From a virus: a stretch of DNA of 64,000 bases. A program made the position numbers and the translations under genes. Location of the stretch: positions 1-64,000 of IMG/VR virus record IMGVR_UViG_3300042463_000890, one strand, 5' to 3'. Positions 48,719 to 57,497 of the stretch are shown here, in pieces; position 1 is the first letter of the stretch, and each line of letters begins with the position of its first letter. The notes under the pieces are model-generated. The model made no database searches, had not been told where the DNA came from, and saw only the letters and a program-made list of their open reading frames with translations.

Positions 48719-48813
48719 ATATCTTACAATTTTAAATTACACTGTAACATTTTCAGCAACTATAGTTCCTCCACTTAAAAAAGTAACATACACACTACCC
48801 ATATTATCTTTAA

Positions 48814-49404
48814 CTATATTGGTGTAGGTGTTAAAGTTGGGGTCGGTGTAGGATTAAATGTTGTGGTTGTAGTAGTTGTAGGATTAAACGTAGTTGTTGT
48901 TGTAGTATAATTAGGTGTTGGTGTTGGTTGAGGGCAAGTAGGACAACTTGGACATGGAGAAGTTGTTGTTGTGGTAGTGTAAGGTCCGTTTATACAACAA
49001 GGGAATTCTGACACATAACAACTGTCATACGGTAAATCATCAGCAATAAAAGATTCTTGAATATTAATATACAGTTTTTCCCTTATTGGTAAGATTAAAA
49101 CCCCGTCATCATTTCTTAACATAAATTGACCTTCATATCGGCCAACTTTATTTGTATCTCTATTTTGAAATTGATAGTAAATATAGTATTCAGGTTCTGC
49201 ATTTGGGTCTATAAAAGTTTTCTCTACAAACCCTGCAGGTCTTGATGTTACTTTAGATACACCTGTTGCAGTGTCAACCATAGAAAAGAAAATTGCGGAT
49301 AATTCTATGGTTTTCATAAAATTATCGAAATCACTTCTACCGTCTTTAACTACTTGTAATTTTAATAAAGGAAGAGTAGCATTTTTTTTAATGAAAAATT
49401 CCAT
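48814..49404 (-). CDS. Putative virion protein: BppU-like N-terminal domain with a Cys/Thr/Pro mucin-like tail
   Basis: FFIKKNATLPLL...YQFQNRDTNKVGRYEGQF...ILP resembles the BppU N-terminal Ig-like domain. The C-terminus is TTTTTTSPCPSCPTCPQPTPTPNYTTTTTTFNPTTTTTTTFNPTPTPT. Confidence 0.6.
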   Translation of the reverse strand: MEFFIKKNATLPLLKLQVVKDGRSDFDNFMKTIELSAIFFSMVDTATGVSKVTSRPAGFVEKTFIDPNAEPEYYIYYQFQNRDTNKVGRYEGQFMLRNDDGVLILPIREKLYINIQESFIADDLPYDSCYVSEFPCCINGPYTTTTTTSPCPSCPTCPQPTPTPNYTTTTTTFNPTTTTTTTFNPTPTPTLTPTPI

Positions 49405-49452
49405 CCAATCTATTTTATTCTATAAATACTTTACTTGTATAAAATAAACAGA

Positions 49453-51159
49453 TTAACTTTCTTTTCTTAATTTTCCATCATAGTGGTCAAACCTATTATG
49501 TTCAGTTGGTGTCATTAATAACAAACCTGAGGATATATGACCTTTAATTGTTTCTTGATACATATGACTCATCCAAGTCTGCTCAAATGGGTGTCCCCAC
49601 TTTGTTTCTAAAAACATTTTTTTGTTTCCTTCTTTTGAAACTATTTGAGGCCAATTACAATAATATACCTCACCTAAAGCATAAGGAACATCTTTATGTA
49701 TTTTAATTTTTGTAAACACAGTATTTGGAGCCTCAGGGTCTAATCCTAATTGTGGGAGTGTTGGTTTTTCGGGCCAATGGGTTTCTCTAAAATTTTGAGG
49801 TACGTTATACCAACTCCATTGTGTTGAATTGTTACCAAAAAATTCAGTAAAATTTAATTTAAGAAAATCTAATTCTTCTTTTTTTATGATTTCTAAAGAT
49901 TTGTTAAATAAATCATTAACATATCTGTTAAATCCATTTTTACAAGTCTCCCCTGGTTTTGGGTAAAAAAACATGTCATCTTCAAAAAATAACATATACT
50001 CTAATTTAGTTTCGTCAAAATGTTCTGCAATCCATTGTCTTCCACCACAGATTCCTAAGTTGTCCATTTTTATATGGGTGAATCCGTAATCGTCACAAAG
50101 TTTTTTATATTCAGGAGTTGTTGATAAATCTGTAGAGTTATTTAACAAATATTTTTCTGTCTTATCTAAAAAATCAGAATCATATTCTTCCATTGACTTA
50201 ATTAAAGTTCTAAACTGATTTGGACTATTAAATGTTAGAACATAAAGTCCTACACCTTTATTGTCAGATTGTTTTAGAACATTTATTTTTTTAAGTATAT
50301 TTTTCGAATCTTTAATTTTTTGACCTTGAGTCTTCACAACTAAAGAATCATTTTTCAAATCCTCAAAAAATTTACCAACTAATCCGTTACTTTCAATTTC
50401 AAAATAATTTATTAAATTATGATTTTTATATAACATTATTGAAAATACAGATTCTTCAGTCCCCATATAACCTTTAGAAAGAGTATCTTTTAAAGATGAA
50501 TAATATATTGTATTAATATCACTAATACTATCTTTAGGCCCTCCAAAGAACCCTCCCCTAGGAATTAATTTTACATCGGATGATGCCCATTCATTAATTT
50601 TTGGATAACTAAATCCGTGTATTTCATTATTTGCATTATACGGAAAACAAACAAATGAAAACTTATTTATATATTTTGGTAATTTTTCTAAAACTTTATC
50701 ATGTGTGAAATATCCTGAATGAACTGTGTTTGTCAACCCAGCATCAATCCAAAACATGTATTTTGAATTAAACCTATCTAATAACTTCGCATCATGTAAT
50801 AGAAATATCTTTGACATAACTAACGGGTTATACATTTCTAATTGAGCTTGTGTAGAATCTTTTAACCAACTCGCCTGATTAAACCAATTAGGGTCTTTTC
50901 TTATTTTTTGTATTAAAGGATAAAATTCGTTTGTTTTAAACCAAGTTTGACTTCTAACTATAAACTGAGTATTTTCTTTTTTTCTATGTTGCCAAACAAA
51001 TGATTCTAATTCTGGTTCACCAAAAATAATCATTTTATTTTCGACCTTTAGAAGTTGGGAAAATTTGTCTTTATAATGGTCAAATGTTCTAGACCATCCT
51101 TCTTTAAGATTAACTCTTCCTATATCCCATAATCCTGTTACTAAAGTAATTTCAGACAT
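49453..51159 (-). CDS. Two-domain glycosyltransferase: HtrL/YibB-like plus GT-A (GT2-like)
   Basis: ITLVTGLWDIGR...RTFDHY, FWIDAG, GGFFGG and GTEES (HtrL-like). The second domain has LYVLTFN, NLGICGGRQ and FFEDD. Confidence 0.75.
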   Translation of the reverse strand: MSEITLVTGLWDIGRVNLKEGWSRTFDHYKDKFSQLLKVENKMIIFGEPELESFVWQHRKKENTQFIVRSQTWFKTNEFYPLIQKIRKDPNWFNQASWLKDSTQAQLEMYNPLVMSKIFLLHDAKLLDRFNSKYMFWIDAGLTNTVHSGYFTHDKVLEKLPKYINKFSFVCFPYNANNEIHGFSYPKINEWASSDVKLIPRGGFFGGPKDSISDINTIYYSSLKDTLSKGYMGTEESVFSIMLYKNHNLINYFEIESNGLVGKFFEDLKNDSLVVKTQGQKIKDSKNILKKINVLKQSDNKGVGLYVLTFNSPNQFRTLIKSMEEYDSDFLDKTEKYLLNNSTDLSTTPEYKKLCDDYGFTHIKMDNLGICGGRQWIAEHFDETKLEYMLFFEDDMFFYPKPGETCKNGFNRYVNDLFNKSLEIIKKEELDFLKLNFTEFFGNNSTQWSWYNVPQNFRETHWPEKPTLPQLGLDPEAPNTVFTKIKIHKDVPYALGEVYYCNWPQIVSKEGNKKMFLETKWGHPFEQTWMSHMYQETIKGHISSGLLLMTPTEHNRFDHYDGKLRKES

Positions 51160-51788
51160 TATTTTTTAATTTTACAAACCCAAACAACTTTGGAGAATTT
51201 ATCTTGGTTATAGAAGCTTAAATTGTTTTCAGATGATGATTTTGAAATGTCATCCTCCACAATTTCACACCAATTCCATATTTTATTATTAATTTCTTTT
51301 TCAAATGTAGACTTATCAATACAATAATCATGAGCCATAATAAAGTCACCTGACTTAATATACTTAGACAATATGTTAAACTCACCTATCTTCCATCCAC
51401 CGTCACATAAAACTAATGTAACACCTTCTGATGAGACATAATTTTTTATTTCTAATGGTATATCTTTATAATCGCCAAATATATCCTCAATCCTAACATC
51501 AATTCCTCTTTTAATCATATCATTATACCAAGGTCTTGCGCTAATATCAAAAGTTAATATATTGGTATCTAAATTTAATTCATCAATCGTTGTCTTTAAA
51601 AACATTGTAAATCCACCTAACGCGGTACCAATTTCTAAAATCCTCTTAGGTTTGACTTCTTTTATAAAATCATAAAATACTTGATATACATCGTGATGTT
51701 GTTGAGCGGAATGACCATCAAACGATGATAAACTGTCGTTCGCTAATAAATTTGTTTTTTTAGTAATTCTGTTTTTAATATTTTCCAT
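51159..51788 (-). CDS. Class I SAM-dependent methyltransferase (CmcI / Methyltransf_24-like)
   Basis: KPKRILEIGTALGG, LTFDI, LCDGG and GDFIMAHD motifs. Confidence 0.8.
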   Translation of the reverse strand: MENIKNRITKKTNLLANDSLSSFDGHSAQQHHDVYQVFYDFIKEVKPKRILEIGTALGGFTMFLKTTIDELNLDTNILTFDISARPWYNDMIKRGIDVRIEDIFGDYKDIPLEIKNYVSSEGVTLVLCDGGWKIGEFNILSKYIKSGDFIMAHDYCIDKSTFEKEINNKIWNWCEIVEDDISKSSSENNLSFYNQDKFSKVVWVCKIKK

Positions 51789-51801
51789 GTTTAAAATATA
51801 A

Positions 51802-52509
51802 TTAAAATCTTATATGTGTAACCCCTGTATTTGCTACGAAACTAAAAAAATCTTTAAGTTCGTACATTTTTTTCCAATCCATGTTCATATTAGCATCTAC
51901 TGCTGACATACCAATTTCAACCCCTTCAGCAAATGCCCAAATATCATTTTTAACCCCAAATTCATTTCTTTCTTTCCATTTGTTGACAAATGTTTTAAGT
52001 TTTGGGCTATTTTTAAAAACTAAAAATTGTTCATTAACTACTTGTGCTTTATCATAACGAGTGGTGTTTAACAGTCCGTAGGGTTCTACTTTGTGTCTCC
52101 AAAAACATTTGTGTGGGTCCCTTTTTGTGTCTCCTATCGAATGAGGTCTTTCGTAGATAAAATCTAAATTACTGTTTTTAAATGATTCTAAAAATGAAAG
52201 TAATTTACTTTCATTATAACCATTGAACAAATCCCAATCTGCATCAAAAAATAATACAAAATCAAAATCTAATTTTAATGATTCCATTATTGGGATGTAT
52301 TTTAAATTGTAATTAAAATAATTTTTAATAAATTTTACTTCATTATTGTTAAATTTTACAAATGATGTGTTTTTAACTTCTTTATGGTTCCCGTCAGTTA
52401 TTATTAATACTTTATGAGTAATTGATTTTTCATTTAATTTTTCAGCAAATTTAATGGCTGATTTTAAATATTTTTCACCTATAGCAATAGTACAATACAC
52501 ATATTTCAT
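51802..52509 (-). CDS. GT-A glycosyltransferase (GT6-like N-terminus)
   Basis: YCTIAIGEKY start, LIITD and the DxD motif FFDAD. Confidence 0.65.
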   Translation of the reverse strand: MKYVYCTIAIGEKYLKSAIKFAEKLNEKSITHKVLIITDGNHKEVKNTSFVKFNNNEVKFIKNYFNYNLKYIPIMESLKLDFDFVLFFDADWDLFNGYNESKLLSFLESFKNSNLDFIYERPHSIGDTKRDPHKCFWRHKVEPYGLLNTTRYDKAQVVNEQFLVFKNSPKLKTFVNKWKERNEFGVKNDIWAFAEGVEIGMSAVDANMNMDWKKMYELKDFFSFVANTGVTHIRF

Positions 52510-53198
52510 AATTTGTCCGCAATTTTAATTGTGTCTTCATTAAATGGACCATTATCGTGTACGATGATTGGGTCATAACCATTAATTTTTACTTTATTAT
52601 TATTCAATTCTATATTTTTTTTGGAGTTAAGTGAACTCATGAAAAATTCACAATTATAGTCTATTAAAATATCATCATGAAGGAGATACTCAATAGACCA
52701 TTTACCTTGGTCATCAATACCTGTGTCGTAAACTTCTTTGATTATCTTTTCTAAATGAAAAATAATTTTATCAACGTATCCAAAATATGTCCCAGAATTT
52801 AAGTATTTGTATTCTGATGTAATATTTTTTTTGTTATAAAGATGTGTAAATGAATTTGGTGGCCATAGACATTTCTCGGCCCCCATAATTATTGAACAAT
52901 TTTTTTCTTTGAACTTATCCACAATATCTTTAGGTGAGGAGTAAAAATTTGTGTCGGTCGCATCTAAAAATAATATGTAATCATAGTTGTTAATTATATT
53001 ATTTTTAATATACTCCAATAACATTACCACTTTATAAAAGTAAAGTTTGTCATAGTATGAATCACCTTTAAATAAGTTATTATGTCTTATAACATGTATA
53101 TCGTTTTTGTCAAAAAAATTTAATGCGTTTTTGTAAAATAGTGGGGTATAACTATTTGGGTAATCAAACAACACTGTTATTAATGCGATGTTTTTCAT
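52506..53198 (-). CDS. PLOD/LH3-like glycosyltransferase domain protein
   Basis: ILFLDATD, IIMGAEKCLWP, YKYLNSGTYFG, DDQ and PIIVHDNG match the procollagen lysyl hydroxylase GT-domain pattern. Confidence 0.8.
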   Translation of the reverse strand: MKNIALITVLFDYPNSYTPLFYKNALNFFDKNDIHVIRHNNLFKGDSYYDKLYFYKVVMLLEYIKNNIINNYDYILFLDATDTNFYSSPKDIVDKFKEKNCSIIMGAEKCLWPPNSFTHLYNKKNITSEYKYLNSGTYFGYVDKIIFHLEKIIKEVYDTGIDDQGKWSIEYLLHDDILIDYNCEFFMSSLNSKKNIELNNNKVKINGYDPIIVHDNGPFNEDTIKIADKL

Positions 53199-54439
53199 AA
53201 GTTACCGACTAATCTTTCGCACCAACCTTTAGAAACTGAGTGAGGCCAAACAACCCAATACTTAGGTTTTTCTTTGGTGTTGAACTCTCTCCATATTTTA
53301 CAGTACTTATCAGGGTCAGTCATCATTCTATTTATTTCATTAATATCGGCATCCCTTCTGAAGATAGTTTCATCTTTTTCATCGTGGAAAGCAACAACCC
53401 AAAAGTCATAATCTTTTTCAGGTACTTGACTAAAACTAACATCAATACAATGTTTAAAAATTGACAAGAAACTATTTTCCCATTCCTCATCAGTTTCATA
53501 TATTGTTGGATTTGGCGGATAATTTTTGTCGATAGTATACTGTTGTACCGCTCTTTTTGAAAAACTTAATCCTGCATATATTTCATACTCTTTTAAGGTT
53601 CTCTCAGTTCCGAAACCGTATTTTCCGAAATCAATCGAGGTCTCACCGTCCATCCCAAAAAGTTGTCTATTCTTTTTATGTGAACTATCATTTTTCTTAA
53701 ACCATTCTTTATCGTCATCCCACTGTTTGGTTCTATTTTTTCTTGTGTATTCGTGCCAAATAACTGTTTTGTGTGGATGGAATAAATCATATCCGTGAGT
53801 GTAAGCTCTAACCGCGATTGAAATTTCTTCTCCATGGAAATAAAACTCAGGGTCGTGTTGAACCTCTTTTGCAAATTTACCTAAAGTAAAACAAAAATGT
53901 GCGGAATAAAATCTTGCAGGAACAGGTTCAGTTAAGTTTTCCCACCCAGGAATTGTTTCAGGTAAAAAGAAAACCGCTCCTTCAGGAATAAATCTGTCAA
54001 AAGCCATTCTCCATGGTTCTTTAACTCTACCTTGTGGGTCATTATCAGGGTCAAATGATGAAACGTATGATGTTAATAAAGGTTTTTCAAAACCTTTATC
54101 TTGTAATTGTTTAACCATATTGATTAAGGTTTCATCCCAATCTTTGTCAAACCTCATATGAGAGTCTAACTGTAATGTATAGTCTTCATCTTGGTACAAT
54201 TGTTGAACTTTATTTCTTGCCCAACATACTCCTTTAGATTCTGAATACAATACGTTTTCTACTCTAAATCTTTCGTCAGATTCAAATTCAGTTAATTCGT
54301 CAAATTTATCATCAGGGTGATATTGTCTACAAATACCAATTCTTAAATTTTCAGGATGTTTTGCATTTTCCAACATGTCTTTTAATGTTGGTATTAATTG
54401 CGGGTCTCGATAAGACGCAATCTGAACAAATATTGTCAT
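53195..54439 (-). CDS. GT60 / Gnt1-like polypeptide alpha-GlcNAc transferase
   Basis: TIFVQIASYRDP, GVCWAR, YTLQLDSHMRFDKDWD, FHGEEISIAVRAYTHGYDLFHP and WHEY match the Skp1-Hyp GlcNAc-T / Pfam GlcNAc family. Confidence 0.85.
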   Translation of the reverse strand: MTIFVQIASYRDPQLIPTLKDMLENAKHPENLRIGICRQYHPDDKFDELTEFESDERFRVENVLYSESKGVCWARNKVQQLYQDEDYTLQLDSHMRFDKDWDETLINMVKQLQDKGFEKPLLTSYVSSFDPDNDPQGRVKEPWRMAFDRFIPEGAVFFLPETIPGWENLTEPVPARFYSAHFCFTLGKFAKEVQHDPEFYFHGEEISIAVRAYTHGYDLFHPHKTVIWHEYTRKNRTKQWDDDKEWFKKNDSSHKKNRQLFGMDGETSIDFGKYGFGTERTLKEYEIYAGLSFSKRAVQQYTIDKNYPPNPTIYETDEEWENSFLSIFKHCIDVSFSQVPEKDYDFWVVAFHDEKDETIFRRDADINEINRMMTDPDKYCKIWREFNTKEKPKYWVVWPHSVSKGWCERLVGNL

Positions 54440-54487
54440 ATTACTTTTTTATCAAAAAATAAATAATGACATAAAAAAATAAATGTT

Positions 54488-56359
54488 TTATATTCCTCCT
54501 CCATCAGATATTGACCATAATTTTGTTCCTGTAAGATAAGTTCTACTTGCTCCTGCCGTCGCAATTGTGTACACAGAGTTTCCACCATTAAATGTTACAC
54601 TTGATTGCAATGAACCTCCTAATGACGCCCATCCGTTAAGTAAAGAATTATAATTAGGTGTTGATAATGTCACACCGTTAAACATATTAAACATTAGTAC
54701 AACTGAAGAAACATTCCAAGAACCTAAATCTTGGTCAAATAATGGGGCGTTGTTAAACATATTATCCATGTTTGTGACATTAGAAACATCCCAGTTTCCT
54801 AATGGTTGGTTAAATGATGTTGCGGTGTTAAACATATTAGACATGTCTGTAACACCTGAAACATTCCATACGTCTATTGGTTTGTTAAAATTCGCCGTGT
54901 TATTGAACATTGAGGACATATTTGTAACATTAGAAACATCCCAATTATCTAGTGGTTGATTAAAGTTTAATGCCGAGTTAAACATACTAGCCATGTTTGT
55001 AACACCTGAAACATTCCAAGTATTTAAATCTTGATTGAAACTTGATGTTATCTGGAACATCCCTGACATGGATGTTACAGATGATACATCCCAACTACTA
55101 ATTGATTGGTTAAACATTGTACACTGAGAGAACATACTTGACATGGATGTTACAGATGATACATCCCAAGAATCTATTCCTAACGACCCTCCATTATTAA
55201 ATATGGTACAACTTGCAAACATACCAAACATGGTTGTAACATTTGATACAACCCAAGAACTTAAATCTTGGTCAAATGACGAACATCCGCCAAAAGTACT
55301 AAACATACTTGTAATATTTGATACGTCCCAAGAACTAACGTTACTGATTGTAGTTATAGATGTACATCCCCCTAAAAATCTAGCTAAATGGGTAACGCCA
55401 CTTAAATTTAAAACATCACTTACTGAATTTAATGTTAGGTTAATACATTGAGCAAAGGCGGAGTTACTTATAGTTGACGGACCTAAACTAAAACATCCCC
55501 ATTGTAATATTCCTGTTATTTTTTCTAAATCCCCTGTCTGTTGGAAACTCCATCCTTCTAATAAACCTGTAATAGTTATTGTGTAATCACCAGAAGATGA
55601 GTAAGTATGAGTAGTTTCAGGTTGATTCCATAATGTTATAGTGTCCGTAGGACCCCCATCCCCCCAATCAACAATAAAGTTATATGTTCCTAAGGAAACT
55701 AATGGTAATTTTACTTGATTTGATAACGTTGAGCCTGGAGAAGTATTTGTTGTATTCCAAGTACTTATAAACGCCAAATTAGGTGGTGTTTGAGTTGGTG
55801 TTGGAGTAATGGTAGGGGTTATTGTTTGTGTAGGTGTTATAGTTGGCGTCAAAGTTGGCGTTTGAGTAGGGGTTGCAGATGGTGGTGGAGGTATGGGGTT
55901 GCAAGCCCCTTCGGTACATGGTAATGATATGTCAAACACAACACCATCTTCCGCAAATGGTGAATTACCACAAACATATATTGTTGTTAACGCAGGAACA
56001 GAACCATAAAAATAATTTCCGTCACACTGAATGTACTCTATATTAACGGATGAAGGAGATATGTTTTCAAACTGAATACATCTACACTCTGAAGGAGTTG
56101 TTGTTGGAGTTAAAGTCGGTGTTGGGGTCGGTGTTGCGGTAGGGCAATTATATAAATGTAAAAATTCGCACCCATTAGAATCAATCATTTTAACCATTAC
56201 AGATGAAACAATATCTAACGGATACACCAAGGTATATAAAAAATTTGGCGGAAAACTAATTCCTGACCCCGCTAAAACACAATATGTGAGAGTATAATCA
56301 CATACGTAGATATCATAAGGTCCTGTACCTGTCGCTCCTGTTATTTCTATTTGATACAT
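54488..56359 (-). CDS. Putative virion surface/adhesin protein: Thr/Pro linkers, PKD-like domain and BspA/DUF285-type repeats
   Basis: PTPTPT tracts; VDWGDG...THTYSSSGDYTITITG (PKD); about eight WDVSNVTNMxxMF repeats. Confidence 0.8.
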   Translation of the reverse strand: MYQIEITGATGTGPYDIYVCDYTLTYCVLAGSGISFPPNFLYTLVYPLDIVSSVMVKMIDSNGCEFLHLYNCPTATPTPTPTLTPTTTPSECRCIQFENISPSSVNIEYIQCDGNYFYGSVPALTTIYVCGNSPFAEDGVVFDISLPCTEGACNPIPPPPSATPTQTPTLTPTITPTQTITPTITPTPTQTPPNLAFISTWNTTNTSPGSTLSNQVKLPLVSLGTYNFIVDWGDGGPTDTITLWNQPETTHTYSSSGDYTITITGLLEGWSFQQTGDLEKITGILQWGCFSLGPSTISNSAFAQCINLTLNSVSDVLNLSGVTHLARFLGGCTSITTISNVSSWDVSNITSMFSTFGGCSSFDQDLSSWVVSNVTTMFGMFASCTIFNNGGSLGIDSWDVSSVTSMSSMFSQCTMFNQSISSWDVSSVTSMSGMFQITSSFNQDLNTWNVSGVTNMASMFNSALNFNQPLDNWDVSNVTNMSSMFNNTANFNKPIDVWNVSGVTDMSNMFNTATSFNQPLGNWDVSNVTNMDNMFNNAPLFDQDLGSWNVSSVVLMFNMFNGVTLSTPNYNSLLNGWASLGGSLQSSVTFNGGNSVYTIATAGASRTYLTGTKLWSISDGGGI

Positions 56360-56360
56360 A

Positions 56361-57494
56361 TTATGGTCCTGGTTGAGCGAAAGGTGGGTAATTTAGTTTT
56401 AGATTATACGGTATTGGTAAAATACCAGGGCTTCCCGCATAAAATGAATGGGTAAATGTGGTTATAATAGGTGAAGTACATGGGTTACCTCCAAAATTAC
56501 CATCTGTTTGATAAATAAAAGTACCAACAAAATTTTCCCTTAAATGGAAATACACCGTATTACCAACAGGTATGTTTATATTACCAAATGAAATAAGTGT
56601 AGAACATTGTTGTAGTGTTTGAGTACTTAGTAAATTCCAAGTCGCACCTGTCGGAAATGGTTGTGTACCATCAAAATACGGTAATATTGCGTAATATAAC
56701 CTGTACGATTGAGCTCCGTATAATGGGTCTAATGTACCTTGAATATTTAAAATGGCAACTTCAGGAGTTGGGGTTAGAGTAACTGTCGGTGTTATAGTAG
56801 GTGTAATAGTATTTGTAGGGGTAACTGTTGGTGTTGACGTATTTGTAGGTGTAATAGTATTTGTAGGGGTAACTGTTGGTGTTGACGTATTTGTAGGGGT
56901 AACTGTTGGTGTTGACGTATTTGTAGGGGTAACTATTGGTGTTGACGTATTTGTAGGGGTAACTGTTGGTGTTGACGTATTTGTAGGGGTAACTGTTAGT
57001 GTAACTGTTGGTGTTGGCGTATTTTTACAATCCGTAGGAGTAGGAGTAGGTGTTTTAGTAGGAGTTGTAGTTGGTTTTACAGGTAAACATCCGCAAGGAT
57101 TTGTACAACTAACTGTAGGTGTTGGTGTATGTGTTGGTGTAACCGTATTTGTTGGGGTGATGCTTGGTGACGGGGTAAAACATGGGGTAAGTGTTGGGGT
57201 AACTGATGGGGTTGGGGTAGGTGTTGGGGTTTGAGTTTTTGTTGGGGTTAAAGTAGGTGTTGGTGTTGGAGTTGGTCTTGGTACATTCAAGTAATATACA
57301 CAGTTGTTATATAAAGTCGTTATTGTGTAAATTCCATAAATCTTTTGCGGTGGTATTAATAATCCCGCGTTAAATGTAAAAGGTAAAATATGGTCCCCCA
57401 AATTTAAAACTAATTCAGTTCCCTGTGGATTGAATAATATATTTGCAATCTCACCATCATAATTTATACTTTTTATGGTAATAATTTGTTCCAT
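56361..57494 (-). CDS. Mucin-like Thr/Pro-rich protein (377 aa)
   Basis: About 170-aa [10 protein letters not shown]-type region between two small globular domains. Confidence 0.8.
   Translation of the reverse strand: MEQIITIKSINYDGEIANILFNPQGTELVLNLGDHILPFTFNAGLLIPPQKIYGIYTITTLYNNCVYYLNVPRPTPTPTPTLTPTKTQTPTPTPTPSVTPTLTPCFTPSPSITPTNTVTPTHTPTPTVSCTNPCGCLPVKPTTTPTKTPTPTPTDCKNTPTPTVTLTVTPTNTSTPTVTPTNTSTPIVTPTNTSTPTVTPTNTSTPTVTPTNTITPTNTSTPTVTPTNTITPTITPTVTLTPTPEVAILNIQGTLDPLYGAQSYRLYYAILPYFDGTQPFPTGATWNLLSTQTLQQCSTLISFGNINIPVGNTVYFHLRENFVGTFIYQTDGNFGGNPCTSPIITTFTHSFYAGSPGILPIPYNLKLNYPPFAQPGP
56809..57000. repeat. 30-bp coding tandem repeat ([10 protein letters not shown] unit)
   Basis: Unit GTATTTGTAGGGGTAACTGTTGGTGTTGAC at 56809, 56857, 56887, 56917 (1 mismatch), 56947 and partial 56977, with an 18-bp sub-unit inserted at 56839. 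Confidence 0.92.
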
Positions 57495-57497
57495 TAA

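Noticed and set aside
48736-48802. 21-codon minus-strand ORF (MGSVYVTFLSGGTIVAENVTV) after the 196-aa gene
   Set aside because: Too short to support and not in frame for read-through of the upstream TAG. It may be a gene remnant, but this cannot be shown.
56809-57000. 30-bp repeats as a possible CRISPR array
   Set aside because: Units are contiguous with no unique spacers, stay in frame within a CDS, and no cas genes are present.
56752-57234. 160-aa plus-strand Val/Gly-repeat ORF
   Set aside because: Antisense shadow of the Thr/Pro repeat gene; ACN/CCN codons leave the opposite strand stop-free.
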